NCBI GenBank assembly: GCA_965112735.1
Contig: OZ218963.1
Coordinates: forward strand, 372,001-436,000
DNA length: 64,000 nt
Reading direction: 5' to 3'
From: Phaeosaccion multiseriatum
Taxonomy: Eukaryota; Protista; Ochrophyta, other classes
Part shown: piece by piece, positions 14,160-30,844 of the stretch
Layout: the number at the start of each line of letters is the position of its first letter
Position numbering within the stretch: position 1 is the first letter of the stretch
Program-made: the position numbers and the translations under genes
The notes under the pieces: model-generated
Database searches by the model: none
What the model was told of the DNA's origin: nothing
Seen by the model: the letters and a program-made list of their open reading frames with translations, nothing else

Positions 14160-15994
14160 CATTGCCTAGCACTACGATGGTGGGAGGGCCTGCAGGAACG
14201 TCTTGGAGGTCGGCAACGGGCCCGCCTCCGAGGGCAGTGCCCACCACCCGCCACCCGTTGTCACGAGACACCTTGAGGAAACGCATCATGTTGGACGTGC
14301 TGTGCACCTGTTGGTGATACAGAGAGAGGAGGGAGGGAGGGAGGGAGGGGGGTAAGGGTGTATGTGTATGTGTGCATGCATGAACGTGGAGGGGCAGGGA
14401 CGCACGAAAATGCACAGTCCATACGGCCCATACCGGGGCGCGCCCCCCCTACTTTGCTCTATCTGACAGTCACTGCACTAGGAGAAAGCAGCATCCCAAG
14501 TCCACACCCATACATACCTGCATGACCTCGAGTGCTCCGGCGGAGGCCTTGCTCACGGTGGGAGTGAGTCCTGCGCTGTTCTTGGAGCACGTCACCACGC
14601 CCTCCACGCCGAAGAAGTAAGCACTGCGCAAGAGAGCGCCAAAGTTTTGGGGGTCGGAAATCTCGTCGAGCGCCAGCCACACACGCCGATCCTTTCGGAT
14701 GGGAGGCAGCAGGCTCAGTAAGTCCCCCTTTTCTGCTTGCTGTTGCTGGTCTTGTTGTTGTTGTTGCCCAGCCACCTCCTCATCTCCGCCGCCCACCTCT
14801 GCTCCTGCCAGTCCCTCTGCCTCGCCATACCCCCCTGCCTCGCCCGCTTGTGGTCCTCCCCCCAGGGCTCCCTCCTCCTCCACCTTGCCTAGCGCAGAGA
14901 GGCTGGTGAAGGTCAGCGGCCTTGCTCGCAACACGAAGCCCTGATGGGGCCGATTGCCGCACAGGCTGTTGAGGAAGCCCTGCGGAGCGTACAAAGGGAT
15001 GTGGGTGGTGTGGGTGGTGTGGGTGCGTGTGCGTGCGTGCGTGCGTGCGTGCGTGCGTGTGTGTGCGCGTGTGTGTGAGAGAGAGTGGGTGGGTGGGTGG
15101 GTGGGTCTGTGCGAAGAGGGCTTGGACCCGTGGACCCACCCATCCCTCCTGTGTAACGTCGTCCTGTACCCGTTACCCACCGAGCTAAGAGGGGAACGCA
15201 TACACGCAGGGCAACCTAACGGAACGGAAACCTTAAAACTGAACCTCAGACTGAGAGTGACCGGGGATCCCCACTTCTCATGTAGAGGACCACGACTTCT
15301 CCTGTAGAGGGCCAGTTACCACGTGTCTGAGGTAGTGTGTCGCATCCTCTCGCTCTCCCTCTCGCGTGTCCTCACTTTGCCACGCTCTTCAATGGTCCTT
15401 GCCCTTGCCCTCCCACCCCGGCGGCCCATGCACCCATCCATCCCAACTCAACTCCCTCTTTCTCTCTCCCTCACTCTCTCTCTGCAGCAATCGTTCGTTC
15501 TCTTACTCTCTCATTGTCCTTCTTTCTCTCACACCTGCATCACTCGCAACTCTCCCCTCTCGTCTTCTCTCGCTCTCTCTCTCTCGCTCGCTCGCTCGCT
15601 CGCTCGGTGCCTCACCTTATCTTGCTCAACAATCTCCACGTCTGCGGACTGAGCCAGCCTGAGGATCTTGTCAACTGCTAGTTTGTCTTTGCGCTGACCG
15701 GGGCTGAGGCCCATCTGAGTGAACAGCGTGAGCAGCTCCCTCTTGCCCGCCTGATTACGGATGGAAGAACGGAAGGAAGGAAGGAAGGAAGGAAGGAAGG
15801 AAGGAAGGAAGGAAGGAAGGAAGGAAGGAAGGAAGGAAGGAAGGAAGGAAGGAAGGAAGGAAGGAAGGAAGGAAGGAAGAGAATGAAGAAAAGAGGGGTC
15901 ACGGTCGTGATAAGTGCCGAAAAAAACGGGGGCAGCAGCACAGGAGGGGGTGTACGCAGGACAGACAGACAGAGAGACAGGCAGGCAGACAGGC

Positions 15995-16049
<55 letters not shown>

Positions 16050-17329
16050 AAGACAGACAGAAGTAGGGGCGCTGATCGATTTACTTGCTGGTACATGTCT
16101 GAGCTCAGCAATGCCAAGAATGGTACTCAATGGTGCGCTTCTCCCCTCCCCCACCCCCATCCACTGCCATCTGCGTACCTGCAGCGTGTTGAGGACTGAG
16201 CTGATGCCGTAGAGGTGATCCACGTCGCCGATGTATGACTCTTCCTCCTCTTCGTAGCTGTCCCCCTCCTCTCCTGCATTGTTGTTGTAGCTCTCCTGCA
16301 GGTATATGACATTACATGACAATACGTCAGTACGTCAAGTCGAGGTGGGTGTGAGTGGTGTGAGTGGTGAGAGCAGAGGGAGCAAGTGGTGGTGAGAGCG
16401 CCATTCGAACACGCTGCAGAGACCGAGACCGGGTTGGGGCTGAAGTGGATATAGATAGAGAGAGAGAGAGGAGAAATAGAGAGGGGGGGGTATGCACATC
16501 AGTGTGGACCTACCTGTTGTCTCCCGTGCCCTCCACCTCCTCCTCCTGCTGCGCGGCCCGATCTCCTCCTGCCTTGATCCATTCGCCCCCCCCCCCAGTC
16601 CCCTCCTCCATCTCCTCCACCTCTCCTTCTGCCTCCGTCTCCATACGAAGGTCGACTGCCACCGCCGCCTCCCCTTGCCCCTCCCCCCCAATCCCCTCTG
16701 TCTCCTCCGCCTCTCCTTCTGTCGTCGTACGAAGGGCGGCCGCCGCCCCCTCCGTACGTGTCCTCATCCCATGGCTGCTGCTGGCGCTGCCCCCCTCCCC
16801 ATCCTCCCTGTCCTCCTGCATACTCTCCTCCTCGTCCTCCTCTTCCTCCTCCTCCATAGCCGCCTCTACTTCTGCCTCCATCTCTCCGGCCATCCCTACC
16901 CCCTCGTCCTCCTCCCCTTCCCCCTCCGCGTCCTCGCCCCCCCCCCCCCCCTCCCCTCCCACCGAAGGGCTCTCCCTCATCAGCCCATCGGCCTTGTCGC
17001 TCCATACCGAAATCCTCGCCGCCTCCGGCTCCTCCTCCTCCTCTAGGCCCTCCCCTCCTCTCCTCACCATACTCTTGCCCTCCTCCCCCTCCCCACTCGC
17101 CGTCTCTCCCGTCTCCTCCGCTCGTCCACGGCCTGCTGCTCATATGGACCACGCGCACTCCCCTCCTCACTCCTCCTCCTCCCGTCGCTCCAAGCTTGGA
17201 CAGGGAGGCCGCTGAAGGGATAGAGAAGCCGCGCACCACTGCCCCCAAGCGAAGCCCACTGCCGGCAAACATCATAACCACCGCGAGCGAGTAGCAGCAA
17301 TAGGAGTAGCTGCGCTTGCAACCCGGCAT
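13513..17329 (-). CDS. SPOUT/TrmH-family 23S rRNA Gm2251 methyltransferase (RlmB/MRM1-like) with RGG-rich N-terminal region and probable organellar (plastid-type) presequence
   Basis: Motifs DHLYGISSVLNTL, RPHQGFVL, WLALDEISDPQNFGALLRSAYFFGV, LTPTVSKASAGALE, VVLGNE-GYGMR, VDSLNVSVTGG. Six exons, approximately 17329-16514, 16297-16179, 15750-15617, 14979-14518, 14308-14158, 13737-13513. Confidence 0.88.
13760..13870. repeat. 10-bp minisatellite (TGGGCATCAG)n with duplicated TATCAT spacer
   Basis: Visible in the last intron of the methyltransferase gene. Confidence 0.9.
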
Positions 17330-17448
17330 CCTTCCTGAGGCTTTGATTGAGGAAATTTATGGGCGGGCGAGGACGACCCCACGAAATTCACAGATCGGCG
17401 CACCAACACGTCTACTTAACACATCAAATCAGAGAAGGTTAATGGTTA

Positions 17449-18801
17449 ATGGGGAAGAGCACGGGCAAGAGGGGAGCCGGCGGGGCAACAGGCGCGGCGC
17501 GGGGAGGACACACAAAACTATACAACCTAGAGGTGGACGTACGCAACATCCTCTTCGCCCACAGCAGGATCAAGCCCGTCTTCAGTGGCTGTGGCCGGGT
17601 AAGGCATGAGTTCGTCGTTACGCGCTCAATTGTATGCTGCTTCCATGATCCTTTAGCCTGCCTCTGCTCCCAAAGACAGGGGAAGGAGCCTTGGGCTTTT
17701 TGTTCTTCTTAAAATGAACTCCCCTCCTATGCATACCTCTCCCGCTTCCCTCTCGCTCAATCATCTGCAGTCTGTGGAGCAGACGATTGAAGACATTAAG
17801 GAGGGGGTAACGGCTGTTGGGAGCCTGCCCCTCATCACCGTGGTACGTCGCAAGGAATTAACTTGTGACATGGCGCGAAACATCACTCAACCGGTGTTAA
17901 AGAAGTAGCTTTCCCCCTCTCAACCTCTCTATCCCGCCTCTTGGACCCACTCAACCACCGGCGACAGATCGAGGGCCCGGTCCAGGAGAAGACTGGAGAG
18001 CCCTTCTACTTCAGCCTCAACAACAGGAGACTCTATGTTTTCAAGGTGCTCAGGGAGCTCGACGCTGAGCTCGAGGCCCAACAAAAAGCAGAGGGAGGAG
18101 CTGCCGCACCAGCCCGCGCCACGGGCAAGGGCACAGGCAAGGGTAAGTTGAAGAGCAGTAGTAGCAGTAGCAGCAGCAACAACTACAACTACAACAACAA
18201 CAGCAGCAGCAGCAGCAGCAGCAGCAGTACTCCGGGCGAGGAAGGTAGCACGCCTGAATTCACGCGCCCTATGCTGCTGCTGCCGGGTGGGAAGGTCCGA
18301 GTCAGGGTGCGAGCAATGAAGGCGCACGAAGTGGAGAGATATACGGTGGACAAGTGCTCTGCTACTGCGAAGTTTATGTACCCTTTGCGGGCCAAGAGCG
18401 GTGGTGGGGGTGGGGAGGGGGGCGTTGATGAGGGGGTGGGGGCAGAGAAGGGGGGGGATTCGTGCGAGGGGGGGGGGAGCAGCGATGAGGACCCGAGAGG
18501 GGAAGATGCGAAGGACGAAAGAAAGCTGGCGGCGCAGATGGGAAGCGAAGCCGGGACACAGCAGCAGGAGGAGGAGGAGGAGGAGGAGGAGGAGGAGGAG
18601 AAGGAGGAGAAGGAGAAGAAGAAGAAGCAGGAGGAAGAGGAGGAGGAGGAGACACAGGGGAAAGCGGGGGGCAAGACTTCGGGTCAGAGTGAGGCACCTT
18701 CGAAGGGAAGGAGGAGAGGAGCAGCGAAGAAGAAGAAGAAGGGAGGGAGAAAGAGAAGAGATGAGAGTCCAGAAGGGGAGGAGGACGCAGGTTGGTTATG
18801 A
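17449..18801 (+). CDS. Uncharacterised protein with ParB/sulfiredoxin-like motif pattern and acidic/basic C-terminal tail
   Basis: Three exons (17449-17598, 17771-17842, 17968-18801) splice in phase to give ILFAHSRIKPVFSGCGRSVEQTIEDI..LPLITV..YFSLNNRRLYVFK. The fold assignment is inference. Confidence 0.7.
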
Positions 18802-19152
18802 CACGACACGCGGGGAGGGGGCTTTCTTCCTGTACGTGTTGACTTGTCTCATTTGCTCAAAAAAGTAAATAAACAATGTACATTCCTAATTACATATTGT
18901 AAGTCGTCAGAGCAATCATGAATGGAGTCGCTCCTCGATACTCTGACCTGGCGGCCCCAATGCTCACCTCTCCAGTTACCCATCCCCCTCATGTGCCGCT
19001 ACATGTAATACTAAATTAAATGCAATGAATCCGGTGCAATTCAATTCCAAGGCCGCCGCTGCTCTCCTCCTCCACAAGCGAAGGCAGACCAGACACGCTC
19101 ACTCTCAGTGCCTTCCTTCCTTCCTTCCTTCCTTCCTTCCGGCATTCACCTG

Positions 19153-19321
19153 CTAACTGATTGCCATTGACCGGAAACTGGCTTGAGTGACTCCTGCCCT
19201 GTCCTCCATCTCACTTTGCGGATCGTCGGGTGCAGCAGCAGCCGCCGCAGGGGGGCGCCACTTGTTCACCAATATGCTTCCACCGCCGCTCCTGCTGCCA
19301 CTGCTGCTCCTGCTGTTGCTC

Positions 19322-19358
<37 letters not shown>

Positions 19359-19930
19359 CCTTCTTCCTCCTTAAGTGCGCACGTAGTCTCTCAAGCTCGG
19401 CCTCGCTCATCTGTTTGGAGGCTCTCCTCTTCTTTTTGACGCTACTGCCGCCGCCGCCATCATCGCTTCTTTTCCTTGCAGCGCGCTTCTTCGCACTCTT
19501 CGCCACGCTCTTGTGGCCCTTCTGGGCCTTGCCTTTGCCTCTGCCCTCGCCCTTGCCTTTGCCCATCCCGTCGTGCCCGTACCCGATACTCTTCACCATG
19601 TCGTTAAACTCCGCTACTCCACGCGTAGGCCATTCCACCGGCTGCTCAGGGGCCCGCCTACTAGCCCCGGCTGCAGCCCCAGACTCTGACGAAGGGGCAA
19701 TCATCATCACCTCCTCAGCCTTTTGGCTTTTGGCTCCAATTGCTCCAAGCATCTTCGCCTTCTCCTCCTCCATGCCCGGGGCCTCTTCTCTGACCGCTTC
19801 TTGAGCCTCCCGTCGGGCCTCCTCCTTGGTGGGCTTGGGCTTCACCTTGGGCTTGGGTCTCTTGGTGCCCCCCTGGGTCAGCTTGGTCACTTTCGCACTG
19901 CTCCCACCGCCGCCTCTGCTGCTACTCCTG

Positions 19931-19962
<32 letters not shown>

Positions 19963-21122
19963 TCTAGCGTTGGTGCTGGCCAGTCGGGACCGTTGGAACC
20001 TTCTGAAGGCCGGGTAATGGTCCGCCTCTGGGACGCAGTGTTCGCAGCCACCGGGGCGGGGGGGAGGCGGGAGGGCAAGGAGGGCATGGGAGGCCGGTGA
20101 CGCAGGCAGGAAAGGGGAGAGACAGAGTGAGGTACAACTGTAGGCAGGGGAAGGAAGTAGAAACAGGGGAAGGGGGGGGGGGCGTTGATCGTCCCAAGGG
20201 GGGCACGCACCTCCGCACTCGATGGCCTGCTCGATGATAGCCGCGAATCGGTCAGCGTCGTCCTCCGAGGACAGCATGACGCTGTCGATCACGCCCTGCA
20301 TGGGCCGCTCCTTCGTCTTAACGCTGCTCCCAGCCCGGAAACCTCCTGTCTTTGAGCTATAGGCTGCGATGACGTCCCTCTTCTCCTCGTCCGACCCCCT
20401 GTAGTGCGCTGCAAAGGCCAGGATTTTGGACTTTGTGACTTTGGGAAAGAGCTTTCGATAGTACACCAACCTGGGTAGGAGAGACGGGAGGGAGGGAGGG
20501 AGGGGGAGATGGAGACGGGGGAAGGGAAGGGGGAGGGGAGGGAGAGGGTGAGGGTGATGGTGATGGAGAGGGGGGGGGGGAGGGACGGGGAGAGAGAGAA
20601 GGGGTTGGGGGGGATAAAGGGCGGGCCTGATACAGGATTCGCCTCGCATCTTGGCTCGACCTTAGCATAAACGCACCACTGGTCGGAGGTGTTCTCATTG
20701 AGATCTGCGTCTCCGCCCCCAAACTCCCCCGTGTCGTCATAGAGCTTGCGCTGCTCTTCGTCCGACAGCACCTGGTGCACCATAGAGAGCGCCTGGAAGC
20801 GGCTGTGCGCCCCTGTGTCGTTGGGGCACTTGTCCGGGCGCTGCAAACGCAGACAAAAGCAGAGGGATTGCAGAGGGCGTGTGGGTGTTTTCGTTTCCGT
20901 CAGCCCCAGGCACTCGCTGGAGATCAAGGGAAGGGTACAGCAGCCAGGCGTACACCTTCCACACACACGTCCTGAACAGCGGCAGTCAGTACTCACACAG
21001 ACGCGGGCTTGCTTGTAATACGCCTTCTTGATCTCAGCAGCGGAGGCGGTTGGCGCCACGCCCAGGATGTCGTACAAGCTCGTCTCTCCGAACACATCAG
21101 CGATGCGCTCCGCGGCAGCCAT
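19153..21122 (-). CDS. DNAJC9-like paralog B: J-domain HPD replaced by RPD, with extended Ser/Lys-rich C-terminus
   Basis: Four exons with the same intron positions as paralog A. SLYDILGVAPTASAAEIKKAYYKQARVC|RPDKCP..HSRFQALSMVHQVLSDEEQRKLYDDTG. The reading frame stays open to the stop at 19153. Confidence 0.85.
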
Positions 21123-21416
21123 ATCCTCCGTTTCAGGCCCCTCCTCCCCCCTTCCTTTCCTTTTCCCCTTCCCCTTTGAGCTGGACTCAGAAGGCTGTTC
21201 TCTTGGGGGGAACGGGGAACGTGCTTCAGCTGCGCGTGTAGCCTTCGTCACCTCATTGCCCCAACAATACGAAGGACTCTGAGCTCTCAGTCTGCTCCTC
21301 CCTCTCCCAATGCTCCACTCTCCTGACCACTCGAACAAAATCGGAATGGTAATCAAAAGGCTTTTCCCTCCATTGCGTAAGCTTACGTAATTTATGACCT
21401 TGCCCTCCTTCCCCTT

Positions 21417-21882
21417 TCGACCCCTGACACGCTATCGCTCACATTCTCGATAGCGCGCTATCGCGCCCCGGCGGGCCCGATAGCGCGCTATCGGCCGCCG
21501 GCCAATAGCGGATAGCGTGCCGGCTGGCGCCGGCCGATAGCGGATAGCGCGCCGGCTGGCGTCAGCTCTCCCCCCCCCCCCCCCCCCCGGTGCGGTAGCA
21601 GCTGACGCTGGCGATAGCGGATAGCGCGCCGGCTGGCGCCGGCGATAGCGGATAGCGAGCCGGCTGCGCGCCGGCGATAGCGGATAGCGAGCCGGCTGCG
21701 CGCCGGCGATAGCGGATAGCGAGCCGGCTGCGCCGGCGATAGCGGATAGCGAGCCGGCTGCGCCGGCGATAGCGGATAGCGAGCCGGCTGCGCCGGCGAT
21801 AGCGGATAGCGCGCCGGAGATAGCGGATAGCGTGCCGGCTGGCGCCGGCGATAGCGTTAGCGGATAGCGTGTCAGGGGTCGA
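21417..21882. mobile_element. MITE 1 (466 bp): 20-bp perfect TIR, 6-bp TSD, internal GATAGCG-rich ~29-31-bp tandem repeats
   Basis: Left TCGACCCCTGACACGCTATC (21417-21436), right GATAGCGTGTCAGGGGTCGA (21863-21882). Flanked by CCCCTT at 21411-21416 and 21883-21888. Confidence 0.88.
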
Positions 21883-22038
21883 CCCCTTCCCCCTTGGTAT
21901 AAAGGCACTCGTACACAAGGGCCACAGTGGGGGATATCGTAAGGCAGTGATGGTAAGGCCGTGATGGTAAGACAGCGGTGGAGGCTCGAGGAGGTGGTTG
22001 GTTCGGCATACACGTCTACCAGGGCGCTGAATTGGGAA

Positions 22039-22569
22039 TCGGCCCCGTGCACGCCTAGCGGCCTAGGCTCTAGGCCGCTAGGCCGCTCGGCCTTCGGCCG
22101 AAATAGGCCTAGGCCGGCGGCCTCCGGCCGCTCTAGGCCGCTCACTTTTCAGCCCTAGGCGGCCTATAGCCCGCCTCTAGGCAGCCTCCCAGTGACCGTG
22201 GGCGCGTGCGTGGTGCCGCCCAGCCAGTGGGTAGCAGCACACCTGTAGGCCTGCACTCCTCGTAGGGCCAGCGAGGCGGAAAGAGACAACACGAACCAAG
22301 TCTACTCCTCACTTATCCCATGCAATACATTTGCTTAAAACTGACGACACTTGGGCGGGTTCCGGGCCAGCCCAGGGGCATATGATCAATATGAGCATAT
22401 TCCCGCCCTGGACCTGCGCCTAGTTGGCGTCTGCCCTAGGCCGCGGGCCTCCGGCCCCCGCCTAGGCCGCCGCCTAGGCGGCCTATAAATAGTCCGAGGG
22501 CCTACGGCCCTCGCTAGGCCGGGCAATTTTCCAAAATAGGCCTAGGCCGCTAGGCGTGCACGGGGCCGA
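22039..22569. mobile_element. MITE 2 (531 bp): 30-bp perfect TIR, 6-bp TSD, CCTAGGC-rich subterminal repeats
   Basis: Left TCGGCCCCGTGCACGCCTAGCGGCCTAGGC (22039-22068) and its exact reverse complement at 22540-22569. Flanked by TGGGAA at 22033-22038 and 22570-22575. Confidence 0.9.
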
Positions 22570-22727
22570 TGGGAACACACTCAGCAAGACAGAGATTCGC
22601 CTCGCAGGTTTGAGAACGAACAAAAACAAAAGAATGTACATTATTACCATAGGATGTTAACCAAATCCATCCAAGGTACAAGGACGACACATATATATAT
22701 ATGCCTTGTATGCCTCCACCTCAATCT

Positions 22728-24211
22728 CTACCTCTTGCCAAGCGTTGCCCGTATTCTCTCGAACTCCGCGTCGTCAATCTCAAGCGGGTCTGGCGAGCCG
22801 GCAGCAACAACCCCGCCCCCCTTTCCCCCTTTGCTCCCCTTCTTCGCCCCCTTGTGGCCCTTGTCCTTGCCCTTGCCTTTCCCTCCATACCGATCCTCAA
22901 TGCCCTTGACCAGGTCTGAAAACTCCCTCTGTCGATGTGTGGTCAACTCCCGGTCCACCTCCGCCCCAGATGAAGGCCGACGGCGCTTGGCCCTGAGAAT
23001 CTCTGCCATCTCCTCTGCCTCTTTGGCTTCCTTCATTGCTTTGGCCTTGCGCTTCTTGGCCGCCTTGGCTTCCTTCGCATTGGTCTCACCGCCCCCGTTG
23101 CTGGTGCTGGCCAGTCGGGCCCGTTGGAATTTTGTGAAGGCGGGGTAGCGCTCCACCTCTGCGAGACGGGAGGGCGGATGGGGAGGTGGGAAGGTGGGCA
23201 GCCAGGCAAGGCACGCAGGCGGGCAACGCAGGCAGGCAGGCAGAGACAGAGACAGAGACAGGGAAAGATGAGACGCGCCAGTCAAGGCTCAAACAAGCGT
23301 GCCGAAGCAGAGCAAAAATACTTTCCCAACAAGGTAAACAAAGGCAGCAACGCTACAACCCACGCCACTGGTGCAGTCCATCCCAAGGGGGGGGCACGTA
23401 CCTCCGCACTCGATGGCCTGCTCGATGATGGCCGCGAATCGGTCCACGTCGTCCTCCGAGGACAGCATGACGCTGTCGATCACGCTCTGCATGGGCCGCT
23501 TCTTCCTGCCGGCCCGGAACCCCCCCCCTTCCGAGCTGTAGGCCGCCAGGACGTCCCTCTTCTCCTCGTCCGACTCCCGGTACTGGGCCGCGAACTCTGT
23601 GATTTTCGACTCTGTAACCTTGGGGAACAGGTTCCGGTAGTACTCGTACCTGTTCGCAGAAGAGAGGAGGAGAAGAAGAGGGAGAGAGGGTCAGGTGTCC
23701 CTCACCAGCCGCGTACAGGCGTTCCATCATCCGAACGCAATGCCAGACCATTCCCCCACACAAACGCACCACTGGTCGAAGTCTTTCTCATTCATCTCTG
23801 CGTCTCCGTCTCCAAACTCCCCCGTGTCGTCATAGAGCTTGCGCTGTTCTTCGTCCGACAGCACCTGGTGCACCATAGAGAGCGCCTGGAAGCGGCTGTG
23901 CGCCCCTGCGTCGTTGGGGCACTTGTCCGGGTGCTGCACAAGAACAAAAGCAGAGGGACCGCAGAGCCAGGGGGGGGGGGTGTTTCGTCATTAGAGACCC
24001 AGCCATCATACCTTCCACACGTCTCTTCCCTCTGCGGGGGCCCCCCGTTTGTCGGTCATGAATAGCGGCAGTCAGTACTCACACACAGACGCGCTTGCTT
24101 GTAGTACGCCTTCTTGATCTCTCCAGGGGAGGCAGTCTCGGCCACGCCCAGGATCTCGTACAGGCTCTTGTCCTCGCCGAACATCTCAGCGATGTGCTCC
24201 GCGGGACCCAT
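22728..24211 (-). CDS. DNAJC9: DnaJ subfamily C member 9-like co-chaperone, paralog A (canonical HPD)
   Basis: SLYEILGVAETASPGEIKKAYYKQARLC|HPDK..RFQALSMVHQVLSDEEQRKLYDDTG, W-YEYYRNLFPKVT..YRESDEEKRDV, EDDVDRFAAII, EAKEAEEM. Four exons. Confidence 0.88.
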
Positions 24212-24421
24212 CTTCGCCCCTTCCCTGCCCTTATCAGTCCTCACTCCTTCCTGGTTGTTTTTAACTTTGTATTTTCCCTCAATTTTCGTTTGAGGGTGGC
24301 GCGCTGATTCAAAACGAGGTTTCCCACATCCCCACGGCTGCTCGGAAACCACAGGCCCAGGCCCATGCAATACCAAGAGTTGTGGCACCCCCTTCACATC
24401 CCCCCCTGTTTTATTTTAATC

Positions 24422-30036
<5,615 letters not shown>

Positions 30037-30182
30037 ACAGGTAGACAGACCAGACAGACAGACAGGCAGGCAGACGGACAGAAAGGGACAGGGACAGGCG
30101 ATATGTGATGGGTTAAGTATGGATGGGCTAGGGAGAGAAAGAGAGAGACGGGACACAGCCTATCTGAGGATGGATGGGCTTG

Positions 30183-30224
<42 letters not shown>

Positions 30225-30249
30225 CAAGACACAGACACGGGCAGGCTAG

Positions 30250-30305
30250 TACTTGCCAAGGGTACTTAAAGAAAACGTCAATTTCTTAAGTACCCTTGTA
30301 CTTGC
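30250..30305. mobile_element. 42-bp inverted-repeat relic with 7-bp TSD; P-element-like excision footprint
   Basis: TACTTGC | CAAGGGTACTTAAAGAAA - ACGTCAA - TTTCTTAAGTACCCTTG | TACTTGC. Confidence 0.6.
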
Positions 30306-30844
30306 TCGGGGGGATGGGGTGGACAGAGACTTCTGAAGAGGAGGAGCCGCTTTTATTTTTTCATTACGATAGAGTACAAAGACTTAATTTAATAGAGGCA
30401 ACACAACACAACACAACACAACACAGCAAAGAGAAGGGCAGAGGGGGGGGGGGGGACGAGGGGAGGGGGAGGAGTGAGGGAAGAAAGAAAAAAAAGAGAA
30501 AAAGTAGAAAAATACAGGCGTACATGAGATTTGAACCGAAGGAGGTGAGAGGGGGCGGTGCAGAGGAGGAGGGGGGGGGAAACGAAAATCAAAAACCGGA
30601 CAAAAGCGCGAGAGGGGAGCGCCACGGAGCCGTGTACTGTAGGTGTGAGAAGAAGGACAGAGGAAGGAGGAAGGGGAAGGAGGATAAGAAGGAGGAGTGT
30701 TCCAGACCCGAGACAGAGGAGGGGAAGCCGCCCCCCAAAAAGCACTTCTCCAGCCGAGCAGGTCAACTTCACATGTTGCCCGCCGCAGCAGAGGATTAGG
30801 ACGAGGGCGCTGGGAACGCGTAGGTCCCTTGATACGGTCAGGCC

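Noticed and set aside
21432-22158. ORFs over the MITEs as a transposase
   Set aside because: They are repetitive translations (SLSAIAGAAG / AIRYRRR) of the internal tandem repeat, with no DDE-like domain.
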